Origin: Octopus vulgaris
Taxonomy: Eukaryota
Direction of reading: 5' to 3'
Length of the DNA stretch: 64,000 bases
NCBI GenBank assembly: GCA_951406725.2
Contig: OX597822.1
Location: forward strand, 33,976,001 to 34,040,000
Each line of letters starts with the position of its first letter. Within the stretch, counting starts at the first letter, position 1. The notes under the pieces were generated by a model. It had not been told where the DNA came from. It did no database searches and was given only the letters and a program-made list of their open reading frames with translations. This document shows positions 25,097 to 37,488 of the stretch, in pieces. Both the position numbers and the translations under genes were made by a program.

Positions 25097-25683
25097 ATAA
25101 AAAGATGCACACATGTGACTGGAAAGTTTGATAGTTCTTAAGTTTCTGTAGAAGGTCTTGGAAATTATTTGAATAATTTCTAAATGTTTACTTAATCATA
25201 CAAAATAAAGTTGCCTTGAAGTGTCTGTAATGACGTGTTCTTTTGAGAGCATTTTACTGCAACAGGTGTTGAGTTTCCAGCTTAAGAATTTAGACGTTTT
25301 GAAGTAGTATAGACCTTCAGTCACTTGGTTTAATATATTGGACAAGTTTTCATCATAAATTACAAAACAAATATAGATTATAATTAAGCTGAGACACAGT
25401 TGCCAATTCATTGGACACCTCTAAAACGCATATATAACCAAGACCATGTGATTCTGATGCACTGTTTGTTCACAAGTCATAGAGGATGGCTGCGTTTTCA
25501 TGTAAATCCCAAAAATGTAAGTAAATTGTTAATTTTTTTTATCTAGTGATAGCAAACTTTTTATTTATTCACGCCAAAAATTAAGCATATTGAATTTTGA
25601 ACAACGTTTATAATAAAAAAAAACGTCAATGTTTATTCAACAAAACAAATTTTTTTAGTCTGTCCAACAGATTGGACAACATG

Positions 25684-25882
25684 ACTCTTTACTCTTTTAC
25701 TTGTTTCAGCCATTTGACTGTGGTCATGCTGGAGCACTGCCTTTAGTCGAGCAAATCGACCCCAGGACTTATTCTTTGTAAGCCAAGTACTTATTCTATC
25801 GGTCTCTTTTGCTGAACCGCTAAGTTACAGGGATGTAAACACACCAGCATCGGTTGTCAAGCGATTTGGGGGGGGGGACAAG

Positions 25883-25917
<35 letters not shown>

Positions 25918-26148
25918 CTAATATAGGATAAAATAAAAAGATATATATATATATATATATATATCTTTTAATTTTATCCTATATATATATACGTATATAG
26001 GACAGGCTTCTTTCAGTTTCCGTCTACCAAATCCATTCACAAGGCTTTGGGCGGCGCAAGGCTATAGTAGAAGACACTTGCCCAAGGTGCCATTTAGTGG
26101 GACTGAACCTGGAACCATGTGGTTTGTAAGTAAGCTACTTACCACACC
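25684..26148 (-). mobile_element. CORE-like SINE family A, near full length
   Basis: Head, CORE-like domain, central microsatellite and GACTGAAACAAGTAAAAGAG-type tail. Confidence 0.8.
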
Positions 26149-26450
26149 TGTGATGACCTTATATACTTTTTCTATTTGTCCACGCTGTCGAACACAAAGC
26201 ATTAGGCTTGCTTATTTCATATGTATGTATATCATATTCTTTGGCTTTCGGATTTTGTAAAAATTGTGACACTCATTAAACTCCTTTTTTTATTACCTGT
26301 CTTTTATTACATATATATAATCTTTTATTCTTTTACTTGTTTCAGTCATTTGACTGCAACCGCGCTGGAGCACCACCTTAAGGGGTTTTATGGGTGTATT
26401 TAAAGCCTTATGGGTGTATTTGGTAGACGGAAACTGAAAGAAACCCATCG

Positions 26451-26481
<31 letters not shown>

Positions 26482-26771
26482 ATGTGTCTCCCACCATCGC
26501 TTGACAACCGATGTTGGTGTGTTTACGTCCCCGTAACTTAGCGGTTCGGCGAAAGAGACCTATAGAATAAGACCTGGGGTCGACTTGTTCGACTAATGGT
26601 GGTGCTCTAGCATGGCCGCAGTCAAAACGACTTAAACAAATGAAAGAATAAAAAAAGAATGTTCCGTGATAGTAAGATGGACAAAAAAAGTACTCCATAT
26701 GGTGAGAGATAGTCTTTCCATTGTATTTATTAAATCATATATAAATATATATAAAAAATATATACACAAAT

Positions 26772-27110
26772 TTGCCATCAAGATGTAGGACAAGATACTG
26801 TGATAGCCTGGGCTTCCGAGGCCCACAGCTCTTCAATATCTTCCCGAAGAACCTAAGAGACCTGCATGGGGTGGATGCAGATGTCTTTAAAATGAAACTG
26901 GATCTCTTCTTGTCAGGTATCCCAGATGAACCAACTTCACGGCAGGAGGTGCAGATGAGGGCAGCTGCATCGAACTCTCTCATGCACCAAATGGCAGTTG
27001 CTAAAAAGCATTCGTGAAGTAAAACCATGTAGCAACACCAAATGGCAGTGCCCCAGCATGGCCACAGCTCGTGAGCTGAAACTAGATAAAATAAATAAAT
27101 AAAAAAAAAA
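26772..27110 (+). mobile_element. CR1-group LINE 3' end
   Basis: Encodes ...GPQLFNIFPKNLRDL..FKMKLDLFLSGIPDEP..RAAASNSL; hairpin tail and A-rich end. Confidence 0.75.
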
Positions 27111-27329
27111 AACACACCACGGCAAAAAAAAAAAAAAAATATTATGAATGTATTAGCTCTATATCAACAACAATTGGTCGGTCCATCTACAGAAATAACT
27201 GTAAGCTATGACGAAATGGAGTGCCTGTTAATTATTGTTATCGATTTAATTAACAAACAGTCACTTCTTAAAACGTAGCTTTTCTCTTTGTGTTTACGAA
27301 TCAACGTCATTTATTTCGGAGAGAAATTG

Positions 27330-27404
27330 ACCGCTGTTACTGCGCATGCGTATAGGAAGTCTTCTTTAGTTTTTTTACAATTTACGTTCGAGAAACAGGT
27401 AATT
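27330..27404 (+). promoter_or_regulatory. Candidate promoter and non-coding first exon of the CDK11-like gene
   Basis: NRF1-type TGCGCATGCG 27341-27350, ETS-type GGAAGT 27355-27360, donor-like CAG|GTAATT at 27398/27399. The ATG exon is preceded by an acceptor, so an upstream exon is expected. Confidence 0.35.
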
Positions 27405-30400
27405 GTCTTAAATTTCTCATTTATTTTTCAGTTATATCTATTTTACATGAATTTTTTGACTTTGATCTCGCTCATATTTTAAAAATAGTAATTGTCTTAC
27501 GCTGAAAATTCTTATTGTGTATTTTATTTCCTTTGTTAATTCTCATTTTTTCGTATCCTTCTTCATAAGCCCATGTTAACTAAACACTATAATCTGATCC
27601 TGTCCTTGGGTTTTTTTCTTTGGCGGAATTTTCTCTATTGTTAGTAAACAATCGGACCATGTCCCTGAGTTCAAGATACCCCATCTCTCCTTCACACCTT
27701 TCCACCGACGTAGGGGTATCTGTGGATTGCCCTTTCCCGCTAATTAAGCTATAAAAAACACCCATTAGAAATCCACTACTAGAGACGAAAGATCGCCCCA
27801 CTGGCGATGTTTCGCATGTCGTAGCATATTACATGTTTTTATACATCATATATCATCTATTAGCGCTTTCGTCCCCTCTGGTGGATTTTTCAAATTGAAC
27901 CAAGTTCCCGTGGGAAAATTTTTGGACATTTTATAGTGTTATAGAGTACTCACACATACATACGCATGCGATGTGTGTATATACAACTGGGAATTAGGGA
28001 AAGTCATGATGTCTTGCACAAGTACTCAAAATTTAGAACAGAAACAATGAAGTATACATCGATTAAAGTACTTGGTTAATATTTCATTTTATCAACCCTT
28101 GGGATGATGAAAAAAACAATGCTGACTTTGGTGGGATTTGACCGGAGAACATAACGGAAACCTACACATATATATATATTTATATTCACACGCAGATCCA
28201 CAGATTTGTTTCACCCAAACAATCAATTCCTTCAGATAAATCTGAAAGAATATGATGTAACTCTTTCATAAACTACACATCTTAATACTAGACATCCAAT
28301 ATGTTGCACTTATTTTTCTTCTAATATAATATAAATTTTGGAAATGGTAAAGTAAAAAACATCTTTGAATATACATCCTTATTCTGATGATGTTGATTAA
28401 CTGATATTTCAAAATATTCCTTCGTATTATGAAATATTGATTGAAATTCGAGATAATATATTGCTAATTATTTCTAAAATTTCTGACTATAATTGTTTTT
28501 GTTATCTTACAGTTGAAAATCCAAAATACAAAAGGATAAATTGTTTTTTTTTAAATTTTATTTAAATTGTAAATAAAACGTCTGATTTTCTTGCGCATGC
28601 CTAGATTCGCTTAACAATTTCCAAATTCTCGCGTTGTTTAAAGGTGTTCCAGTCGTGGCCATCATGTCTTTCAAAAAGCGTTCTAACCATGGCTGCATAG
28701 TCTTCTTTTTTTTAAGTGTGGCAAATTTCTTATTTCATCACCTTTTGATTCAACCGGAATTAAAATTTTGCAACAGAAATTTTTTTTTTTATGTAAAAGC
28801 TGACTCGGAAATAAACGAAAAGTTTCTGTGTCCATCCACTGCTAGATCAATATGAAATATGTGTTATTTCTAAAACTTTTATTTGAATACGCACTATTTA
28901 ATGTACTTGAAAGAGCACGCACTGTCAGATGTACCAAAATTCTGAAATTTTTACTTAGAATTCAACAACTCAATAGAATTCTCGAAAATGTCAGAAATCG
29001 TAACTTTAGATACAAAAGATTTTTCACTACGAAACAAACTTTCAACTTAAAAAAATAAAACTTTAAAAAATTTAGCTTCATTTTTAAATGACTTTAAAAT
29101 TGTACGTATAAAATATCTTCATTTGAAGACATAATTTCTTATGTAAGTGAAATGTGTTTCTTCTCTAGTACGTTTCGTTTTCTCCATTGTGGTTTTTATG
29201 AAACTTTAGTTTCCAGTTGAATCGCACAGCGTTCTATGCGTGAGATTTTAATGACGAAATCTCTGTCGTACAGTAGCATTTTTTCACAGTCAAGTCTTAA
29301 GGGTTACATGTTGTTCTTTGCTTCAGTCGTTGAGCTGTGGCAATGCTGGAGGACTCCTTTGAAGAGTTTAATCCGGTGGTTCCCAGCCTATGGTCCGCAA
29401 TGATAGTACTGGGGGGGTTCGTGAGCTAAATTCAAAATTTCATATCTAAAGGATAAGCATATTAAAAGGGGTCCGTGGGAAAACTTATTTAAATAAAAGG
29501 AGTCCTTGGGGATTTTTTCCTTTTGAACGGCAGTTTTCAACACAATTTCTAGTAACTAAACACTTTTAAACTTCGTATACTGGTAGAATGTGTCAAAAGA
29601 AAACATTTTTTTCTCTTGGCTTTCTTGAGAAAATTGTAATTTGTAAGTTTAACGTAGTTTAATTTTTCGAATTTTAACCAATCGATGGCCTCTATTTAGC
29701 TAAAATCATTAAAAACGACCATCCGAACGTGGTTATGTCAGTACCCCCTCACTGGCTCCCATGCCAGTGACACATAAAAAGTACCCACTACACTCTCGGA
29801 GTGGTTGATGTTAGGAAGGGAATCCAGCTGTAGAAACATTGCCTGATCAGCCTGGTGCAGCCGCTGGCTCTCCAGACCTCAGTCAAACCGTCCAACCCAT
29901 GTCAGCATGGAAAACGGACGTTAAACGATGATGATGAAATCGTGTCATAATATATCTCTTGTACTTTAAAATAATATCTCGTTTTCAGCATTTCTTTTAT
30001 CTTTCACTTGTTTTAGTCATTAGGCGGGCCATGCTGGGGCACCGTCTAGAATCTTAGTTGAACAAATTGATCATAGTACTTATTTTGTTTTTAGCCTGGT
30101 ACCTATTCTGTTGGTCTCTTTTGCCGAAACTCTAAGTTATGGGGGGCGTAAAACACCAGTTGTCAAGCGGTGGTGGGTGACAAACAGACACACACTCCAT
30201 TTAAATAAGCTAACATATATATGACAGGCTTCTTTCAGTTTCCATCTCCAAATCCACTCACAGCCTCAGGCTATAGTAGAAGACTCTTGCCCAAGGTGCT
30301 ATGCCATGTGACTGAACTCTGAACCATGTGGTTGGGAAGCAAACTTCTTACCACACAGCCGTGCCTGTGCCTATTTCTTCAGATTAATTTGGCAGAGAAA

Positions 30401-31768
30401 GTTTTATGTTGATCATGAATGTATCTGTTGTTTCACGCATACTGGTTGACAGCAGTTTATACAAACACAGAATTGCAAGCACATAAATATATAAGAATCT
30501 CACTTGTTATTGTTGCTTAAAAAGACCACCCCCTCATTCACATCATCATCATCGTTTAACATCTGCTTTCCATGCTAGCATGGGTTGGACGATTTGACCG
30601 AGGACTGGCGAACCAGATGGCTGCACGAGGCTCCAATCTGATCTGGCAGAGTTTCTACAGCTGGATTCCCTTTTTAATGCCAACCATTCCGAGAGTGTAG
30701 TGGGTGCTTTTGCATGCCACCGGCACGAGGGCCAGTCAGGCGGTACTGGCAACAACCACGCTCAAATGGTGCTTTTTACGTGCCACCTGCACAGGAGCCA
30801 GTCCAGCAGATTGTTTTTATTTTTCAAAGAAGCATATTCTGGTCTACATTATTTGATGTGTCATTGTCATCATCATCATCATCATCATCAATTTTTACTG
30901 TTTACTTTCCTGTGCTTACATGGGTCAGATGGAATTTGTTGTGGCAGATTTACTACAGCCGGACACCCTTGCTAGTTTCCAAGTAAGGCAATATTTCTCT
31001 ACTTTTTTCACAGAGGACTAAAAACGAACAACTTCTCGTGATGATGATGCTCATTTACAACCTTCACGTGGTGTCCAGGGAAGAGTACACAAACATACTT
31101 GTGTGTGTATAACGAGCTTCTTTCAATTTCTGTATAGCAAATCTGGTCTCAAGGCTTTGGTTGGCCCAGGGTTATAATAGAAGACACATACCAGAGGCGC
31201 CCTGCAGTGGGATTGAACCCAAAAGCTACATGATTGAGAAGCAAATTTAGGGTATGACTTGAGATGAAATTTTCACTCAAATATAGATGAGCTGGTCATG
31301 GTTGGAACAGTTTTAAAGGAAGCGTGGCATTCAGGAATATGAATTTGGAGTTCCTTTGATCATTGGGGTGTTTAGGCTGGAGTTGCTATTTTTCTTAGAA
31401 ATAAGATATTAAACCTGGTCCTATATTTTAAACTCGTTTTCAAAAATATTTTAGTTGAGATTAGAATATGATTTAGGCATTGTTATCAGTGAGCAGAAAT
31501 GTGACTGATAATAAATTGCTTTGCAAAATTAAGCTCCGTTCGATTATAAAAAACCTGGTGTGAGTTTTTTTTTTCTTGGTTGGATGGCATTTGTAAAAAT
31601 GTATTTGGTGAAAGAGGGCATTGACCTAAATAGATGGTTGAAAAACTTTGGTTCAATGGATTTATTTTTGCCATTGAATTAAAGTTTTTTTTTTTCCTTC
31701 TTTTCCTTTCCCTGAATATAAGAGTAAAAGAAATGATGTGTTACTGTTTGATATTTATTGCAGTCAAA

Positions 31769-31950
31769 ATGTCTGGTACTGACCTTTCTCGAAGCCCTTA
31801 TGAACAAGGAGAGTTAGCTTCTAGTCCAGAAAGACATATGTTGGATCCAGATGATGAAGATGAGGAGGACGACGATGACAAACAGAGCCTCGTTTCTTTT
31901 TCAGTGCATTCAAAGGAAGCCCTTGACGAAGATGACTATCTTAAGGACAA
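31769..31950 (+). CDS. CDK11: CDK11/PITSLRE-like kinase, first coding exon
   Basis: Acceptor TTTATTGCAG| at 31763; CAAAATG start; MSGTDLSRSPYEQGEL...DEDDYLKD (compare EEGEL/SPY in the vertebrate CDK11 N-terminus); donor AA|GTAAGT, phase 2. Confidence 0.75.
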
Positions 31951-33287
31951 GTAAGTTTTTGGAAACTACTGTTAATATGTTAGCTATTGAGCACAAAAAC
32001 AAGATGTCGTGGTTTGCGGGAGGTGGGGTGAGTTTTTAACGAATGTTATATCTGTGTAATGCTTTAAGTGAAGGGAAAGACACTAGTCCTTCATTAGAAT
32101 AAAAAGAACGAGGAAAGGTAGTGGGGAAAATTAAAAAGAATTTTAAAAAATGTGGTTGGAGAGGGTGGTAGAAAGGAGGGGTTAAGGGCCAGATAATAAT
32201 AATAATAATTTCTACTAAAGGCACAAGGCCTGAAATTTGAGGAGAGGGTATAGTTGATCACCTCAACCCCAGTGTGTCGCTGGTACTTAATTTATCAATC
32301 CTGAAAGGATGACAGGCAAAGTTGACCTTGGTGGAATTTGAACTCTGAACATAAAGATGGATGAAATGCTGCAAAGCATTTTGCCTGGCGTGCTAATGAT
32401 TCTGCCAGCTCGCCACCTAGCAGAATCGTTAGCTCTCCAGGTAAAATGTTTAGCAGCATTTCATTCCATGTTTATGCTCTGAGTTCAAATTCCACCAAAA
32501 TCAACTTTACTTCTTATCCTTTCGGGGTCGATGAAAATAAGTACCAGCTGAGCACTGGGGGTTGATGTAATCAACTTAACTCTTCCCATCAAATTCCAGG
32601 TTTTGTGCCTTTAGTAAGTAGAAAGGATTAATATCAAGGAAGGGAGACAACGATGAACAAGTTGTAATTGGAATTTGAATTGCATTTTGAAATTGTTACC
32701 GTTCTCAAAATTGGTATTCTGATAAATGCAGTTTTAATAGGGAATGGTAAACAACAGCGAGGTAGTGGAGGCGCAATGGCCCAGTGGTTTAGGGCAGCGG
32801 ACTCGCGGATGTAATCGACTTATCCCCTCTCCCGAACTTTCTGGCCTTGTGCCAAAATTTGAAATCAATATTTAGTATTTGTGTTATTTAGATATACTCA
32901 AAACCCTGCCAAAGATACAGAATAAAATAGTTTCTCAAATTATAAAAATATACCACTGCGTTTATCGCTTACTGGGACCCCACCTTGAGGAATTTTAGTC
33001 AGACGAATTAACCCCAGTTCTTATTTTCTTTTTAAGTCTGGTACTCTTTTGCCGAACTGTCAAGTTACAGGGGCATAAACAAACCAACATCAGTTGTCAA
33101 ACAGTGGAAGGGGACAAACACAGACAAAAACATACGTAAGGGCATCCAGCTGTAGAAACTCTGCCAGATCAGATTGGAGCCTGGTGCAGCCATCTGGTTC
33201 GCCAGTCCTCATTCAAATTGTCCAACCCATGCTAGCATGGAAAGCAGACGTTAATCGATGATGATGATGATCACACACACACACACA

Positions 33288-33320
<33 letters not shown>

Positions 33321-33379
33321 TTAGCGTCCGTTCTCCATGCTAGCATGGAAAGCAGACGTTAATCGATGATGATGATGAT

Positions 33380-33425
<46 letters not shown>

Positions 33426-34030
33426 CGGCGGACTTCTATCAGATCCGCTCACGGCTTTGTCCACGGCTATAGTAGAAGACACTGGCCCAAAATGCCACAC
33501 CCTGGGACTGAACCTGGAACTATGCGGATGCAAAGTGAACCTCTTATTGCACAGCCATGCCTGCACCTATAGACAAAAAACAAACATGAAGAATTCATTA
33601 TCTATATATTTGGCATAAAGATGAATGCACTGTTAACATCTGTTGTTTTCAAAATTTACTGCAAAACATGCAAAGTATTATTTCTTTAGATATATGGTTC
33701 TGAAAGAATTAACCCTTTAGCATCTAAACTGTCCATATATTCGGCTCTAATATCCTACCTGTTTTATGTTCAAATCATCCTGCTCTGTCCTCTCACACCT
33801 ACCTGACAATGTCATTCTGGCAATAACCAATTACCTCATTTAACTCGCTAAGCTAAAAGCTGATGCATGATTAATTCAAAACAGTGTGAATAAATATGCA
33901 TTCCATTTGACAGAGTTACCGAATGCTAAATCAACAACGTTTTTATTTTTCATTGTTTGTAGTTTCTGAGAAGAGATTCACCCAAGTGTTGTTTGCATTT
34001 AATGGTCCCTCTGTGTTTCTTATCTTTCAG

Positions 34031-34173
34031 CAAAGACGATTACATGGATGACAGCGAGTCGTTAGACATAAAGCCTCCGCAGGCTCATGCTATGAAGAAA
34101 GATAAACACAAACATAAGCACAAAGAAGAACGGTGGCGAGAACGAAATAGCAGACATGAAAAAGAAAGGGACA
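34031..34173 (+). CDS. CDK11: CDK11/PITSLRE-like kinase, coding exon 2
   Basis: TCTTTCAG| acceptor, phase matches (AA+C); KDDYMDDSESLDIKPPQAHAMKKDKHKHKHKEERWRE matches the CDK11 motif DDSLAIKPPQ; donor A|GTAAGT, phase 1. Confidence 0.8.
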
Positions 34174-34180
34174 GTAAGTG

Positions 34181-34340
34181 TCCTTCCTTTCTTCCTCCCC
34201 TCCTTCCTTCCTTCCTCCCTTTCTTTCTTCCCCTCTTTCTTTCCTTTCTTTCTTCCTTCCTTCCCTTTCTTTCCTCCTTCCTTTCTTCCTTCCCTTTTTT
34301 TTCTTTCTTTCCCTCTTTTTCTTTTTTTCTTTCTTTCTTC
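34181..34340. repeat. (CCTT)/(CTTT) pyrimidine tract
   Basis: Visible directly, immediately after the exon-2 donor. Confidence 0.9.
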
Positions 34341-34503
34341 ATACTCGGATCCTCCATCTCTCTAAAATTAAGGCAGAAAAAAATTGCTGGTCTTGTGCTG
34401 GAATCAGAAAGAATATTTTCATAATTACCCCCCTCGTCTCTCTACTTCATAAGTGAAGACAACTATGGCCAAAACTAAAGTCTTTGTCAGTAAAAAGAGA
34501 CCC

Positions 34504-36060
34504 TTAATCCTTTAAAATTTAAACTGGTCCCATTAGGCACAAATATTCTACATGGCTTATGCTCGTACCAGACACCGGGTCTAGCCTCTTACTCATCATC
34601 ATTGTCGTCGTCATTTAACGTCTGTTTTCTATGCTGGCATGGATTGGATGGTTTGACAGGAGCTGGCCAACCAGAGGGCTTCACCAGATTCCAGTTGTCT
34701 ATTTTGGCATGGTTTCTATAACTAAATACTAGGCATGGTTTGTACAGCTAGGTACCAGGGTAGGCAGTTGGTGACATTTATGGAGTAAAACACAGAAAAA
34801 AATAAGCGAAACACAGGCACGCGACTGAGTTGGAGGCAGATTTACTTCTGCCTTTTTAGTACGTAATGAAAACATTGTCGTAGGAATATACATGGCACAT
34901 GTACTGCAGCCGTACTATGCGTATCTTTAATACTGAGATTGAAAAGCAGGGGTAAATTATGCCTACCTAATCTACAAAAGAATAAAATATTTTGTATTTT
35001 ATGCATAGTAATCAGAGTAACCAAAAAGCACTATTTGAGCGTGGCCGTTGCCAGTACCGCCTGATTGGCCCTCGTGCCAGTGGCACGTAAAAAGCACCCA
35101 CTGCACTCTTGGAGTGGTTGGAGTTAGGAAGAGCAACCAGCTGTAGAAATTCTGCCAGATCAGATAGGAGCCTGGTGCAGCCATCTGGTTCGCCAGTCCT
35201 CAGTCAAATTGTCCAACCCATGCTAACATGGAGAGCGGACGTTAAACGATGATGACAATGATGTGCATATTTTGCCATGGAAAGAAAATATTACCATCGA
35301 ACTATTTTATTTAGGGTAGGCACTGCCTACCTTGCCTACCCACGTGGCACCTCCCTGCTAGATACTTTTCCTAATGCCAATCACTTTACTGAATGTACTG
35401 GGTGCTATTTGCGTGACACTTGTACAGGTGCTTTTTACCTGGTGCCGGCACTGGTGTTCTTTACGTGGCGCTGGCACAGTTTCTCTTTACTTGGCACTGG
35501 CTCGTACCTTACTGTGACGTTCTGAAAATAAATAATCACATCATTAAAATTTCTAAGCTACAAGATAATGCCTGATAAATTTAAAACAATGTGAATAAAT
35601 AAGCATTACATATGACAGAATAACCTGAATGCTAATGACAGCTGGCAGGAACGTTAGTACGCTGGGCGAAATGCTTAGCAGTATTTTGTCTGCCGTTACA
35701 TTCTGAGTTCAAATTCTGCCATGGTCGACTTTACCTTTCATCCTTTCAGGGTCGATAAATTTAGTACCAGTTACACACTGGGGTCAATATAATCAACTTA
35801 ATCCGTTTGTCTGCCCTTGTTTGTCCCCTCTGTGTTTAGCCCCTTGTAGGTAGTAAAGAAATAGGTATTTCGTCTGCCATTACGTTCTGAGTTCAAATTC
35901 TGCCGAGGTCGACTTTACCTTTCATCCTTTCGGGGTCGATAAATTAAGTACCAGTTACGCACTGGGGTCGATGTAATCGACTTAACCCCTTTCTCTGTCC
36001 TTGTTTAGCCCCTTGTGGGCAATAAAGAAATAAGAATAATTTGAATGCTAAAGGATTAAA
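34504..36060. mobile_element. Nested stack: TTAA-type MITE > RTE fragment > hAT-like MITE > RTE fragment, plus SINE B
   Basis: Host termini TTAATCCTTT...AAAGGATTAA, related to 33710-33930; hAT-like MITE ~34750-35357, related to 57505-58163; SINE flanked by AGAATAA..TGAATGCTAA duplication. Confidence 0.6.
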
Positions 36061-37073
36061 ACCCAGCATTATGAGAAAAGTGGATTTTTCTTCTTGGTGG
36101 CATAATCAGATTTCCATTGGTTTCAGTGGTGAATTTCACTTGTTTGGCCGACTGGAGTTGCTCAGCTTTATTGAATTAGCTTATAAATGGCTGAGTATTC
36201 CTCACTCTCACATATATGTTTCATGTAATACTCAGGCAGAATTAGTATCCCACAATGAGAAGGCTGGACTTATGAACTGCAGGCACAGTCCTTCAGTGTA
36301 ACAGGCTTCCTCACAGTTTTCATATCCCCTTATCCATTCACAAGGCTTAGATTGATCCAAGGCTTATATAAAAAAACATTTCTCCTTAGATGATGTGCAG
36401 TGGGATTGAACCTGGAAGCTCAAAGCCAATTTCTGACCACTAAGCCAAGCCTGTATTTACTTGCCCACAGCACTAGTGGTGTTAGGAAAGGCATCCAGCC
36501 ATAGACACCATGGCAAAACAGATAATGGAGCTTAGCTTGGCCCCTGACCTTACCAGCTCCTGTCAAACTATCCATCCCATGGTAGCATTGAAAATGGATC
36601 TTAAATTATGATGATGATGTTGCTTTGAAAAATTGCTGGTGTAGGGGTGTGGTAAAAAGCTTGCTTACCAACCACATGGTTCCAGGTTCGGTCCTACTGC
36701 GTGACACTTTGGTCAAGTGTTTTCTACTGTAGCCTCAGGCTGACTAAAGCCTTGTGAGTGGATTTGGTAGGCAGAAACTGAAAGAAGCCTGTTGTATTTA
36801 TATCTGTGTGTGTCTTTCAGTTTGTTTGTATCTCCCCTCCCTTGACAACAGGTATTGGTATGTTTACATCCTTGTAACTTAGCAGTTTGGCAAAAGAGAC
36901 TGATGGAATAAGTACTGGGGTCAATTCATTCAACTGAAAATTCAAGGTTATGCCCCAGCATGGCCGTAGTCTAAAGACTTAAACAAGTAAACGATTACCT
37001 ATGGATGGTGACATCAACAATTCATCCGACAGCTCTGTACTTTGTAAGATGAATGGAATGGAAACTCCGTTGT

Positions 37074-37488
37074 TTAACCCTTTCAATAGCAACCTGGCTG
37101 AAACTGGCTCTGGCTCTGAGTACAAATGTCTTGTTTACAAAAGTTTGTGCCGGTGGCGCGTAAAATGCACCCACTACACTCACAGAGTGGTTGGCGTTAG
37201 GAAGGGCATCCAGCCATAGAAACATTGCCAGATCATACTGGGCCTGGTGCAGCCTTCTGGCTTCCCAGACCCCAGTTGAACTGTCCAACCCATGCTAGCA
37301 TGGAAAGCGGATGCTGAACGATGATGATGAGGAGGACGATCTTCCACCAAACCATAGTCACAATTTACGTTCCTAACACTAGCTTAATGATAAACAAAGT
37401 CATTTTACTAAATTCTTTGTTATATTTAAAATTAATTGAAAGAAACACAGAGCATCTCAACAGAAATATGGTAACAAAAAGGTTTAAA
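37074..37488. mobile_element. TTAA-flanked piggyBac-like MITE interrupted by an RTE tail
   Basis: TTAACCCTTT...AAAAGGTTTAA; RTE 3' UTR at ~37146-37330; relative at ~39450-39715. Confidence 0.5.

Noticed and set aside
25196-25520. Unique region with a 71-aa minus-strand ORF and a plus-strand GTAAGT
   Set aside because: No recognisable homology and no consistent exon chain.
28380-28470. CTGATGA with long AT-rich hairpin as a hammerhead
   Set aside because: GAGA instead of GAAA and weak stems; chance match is likely in AT-rich DNA.
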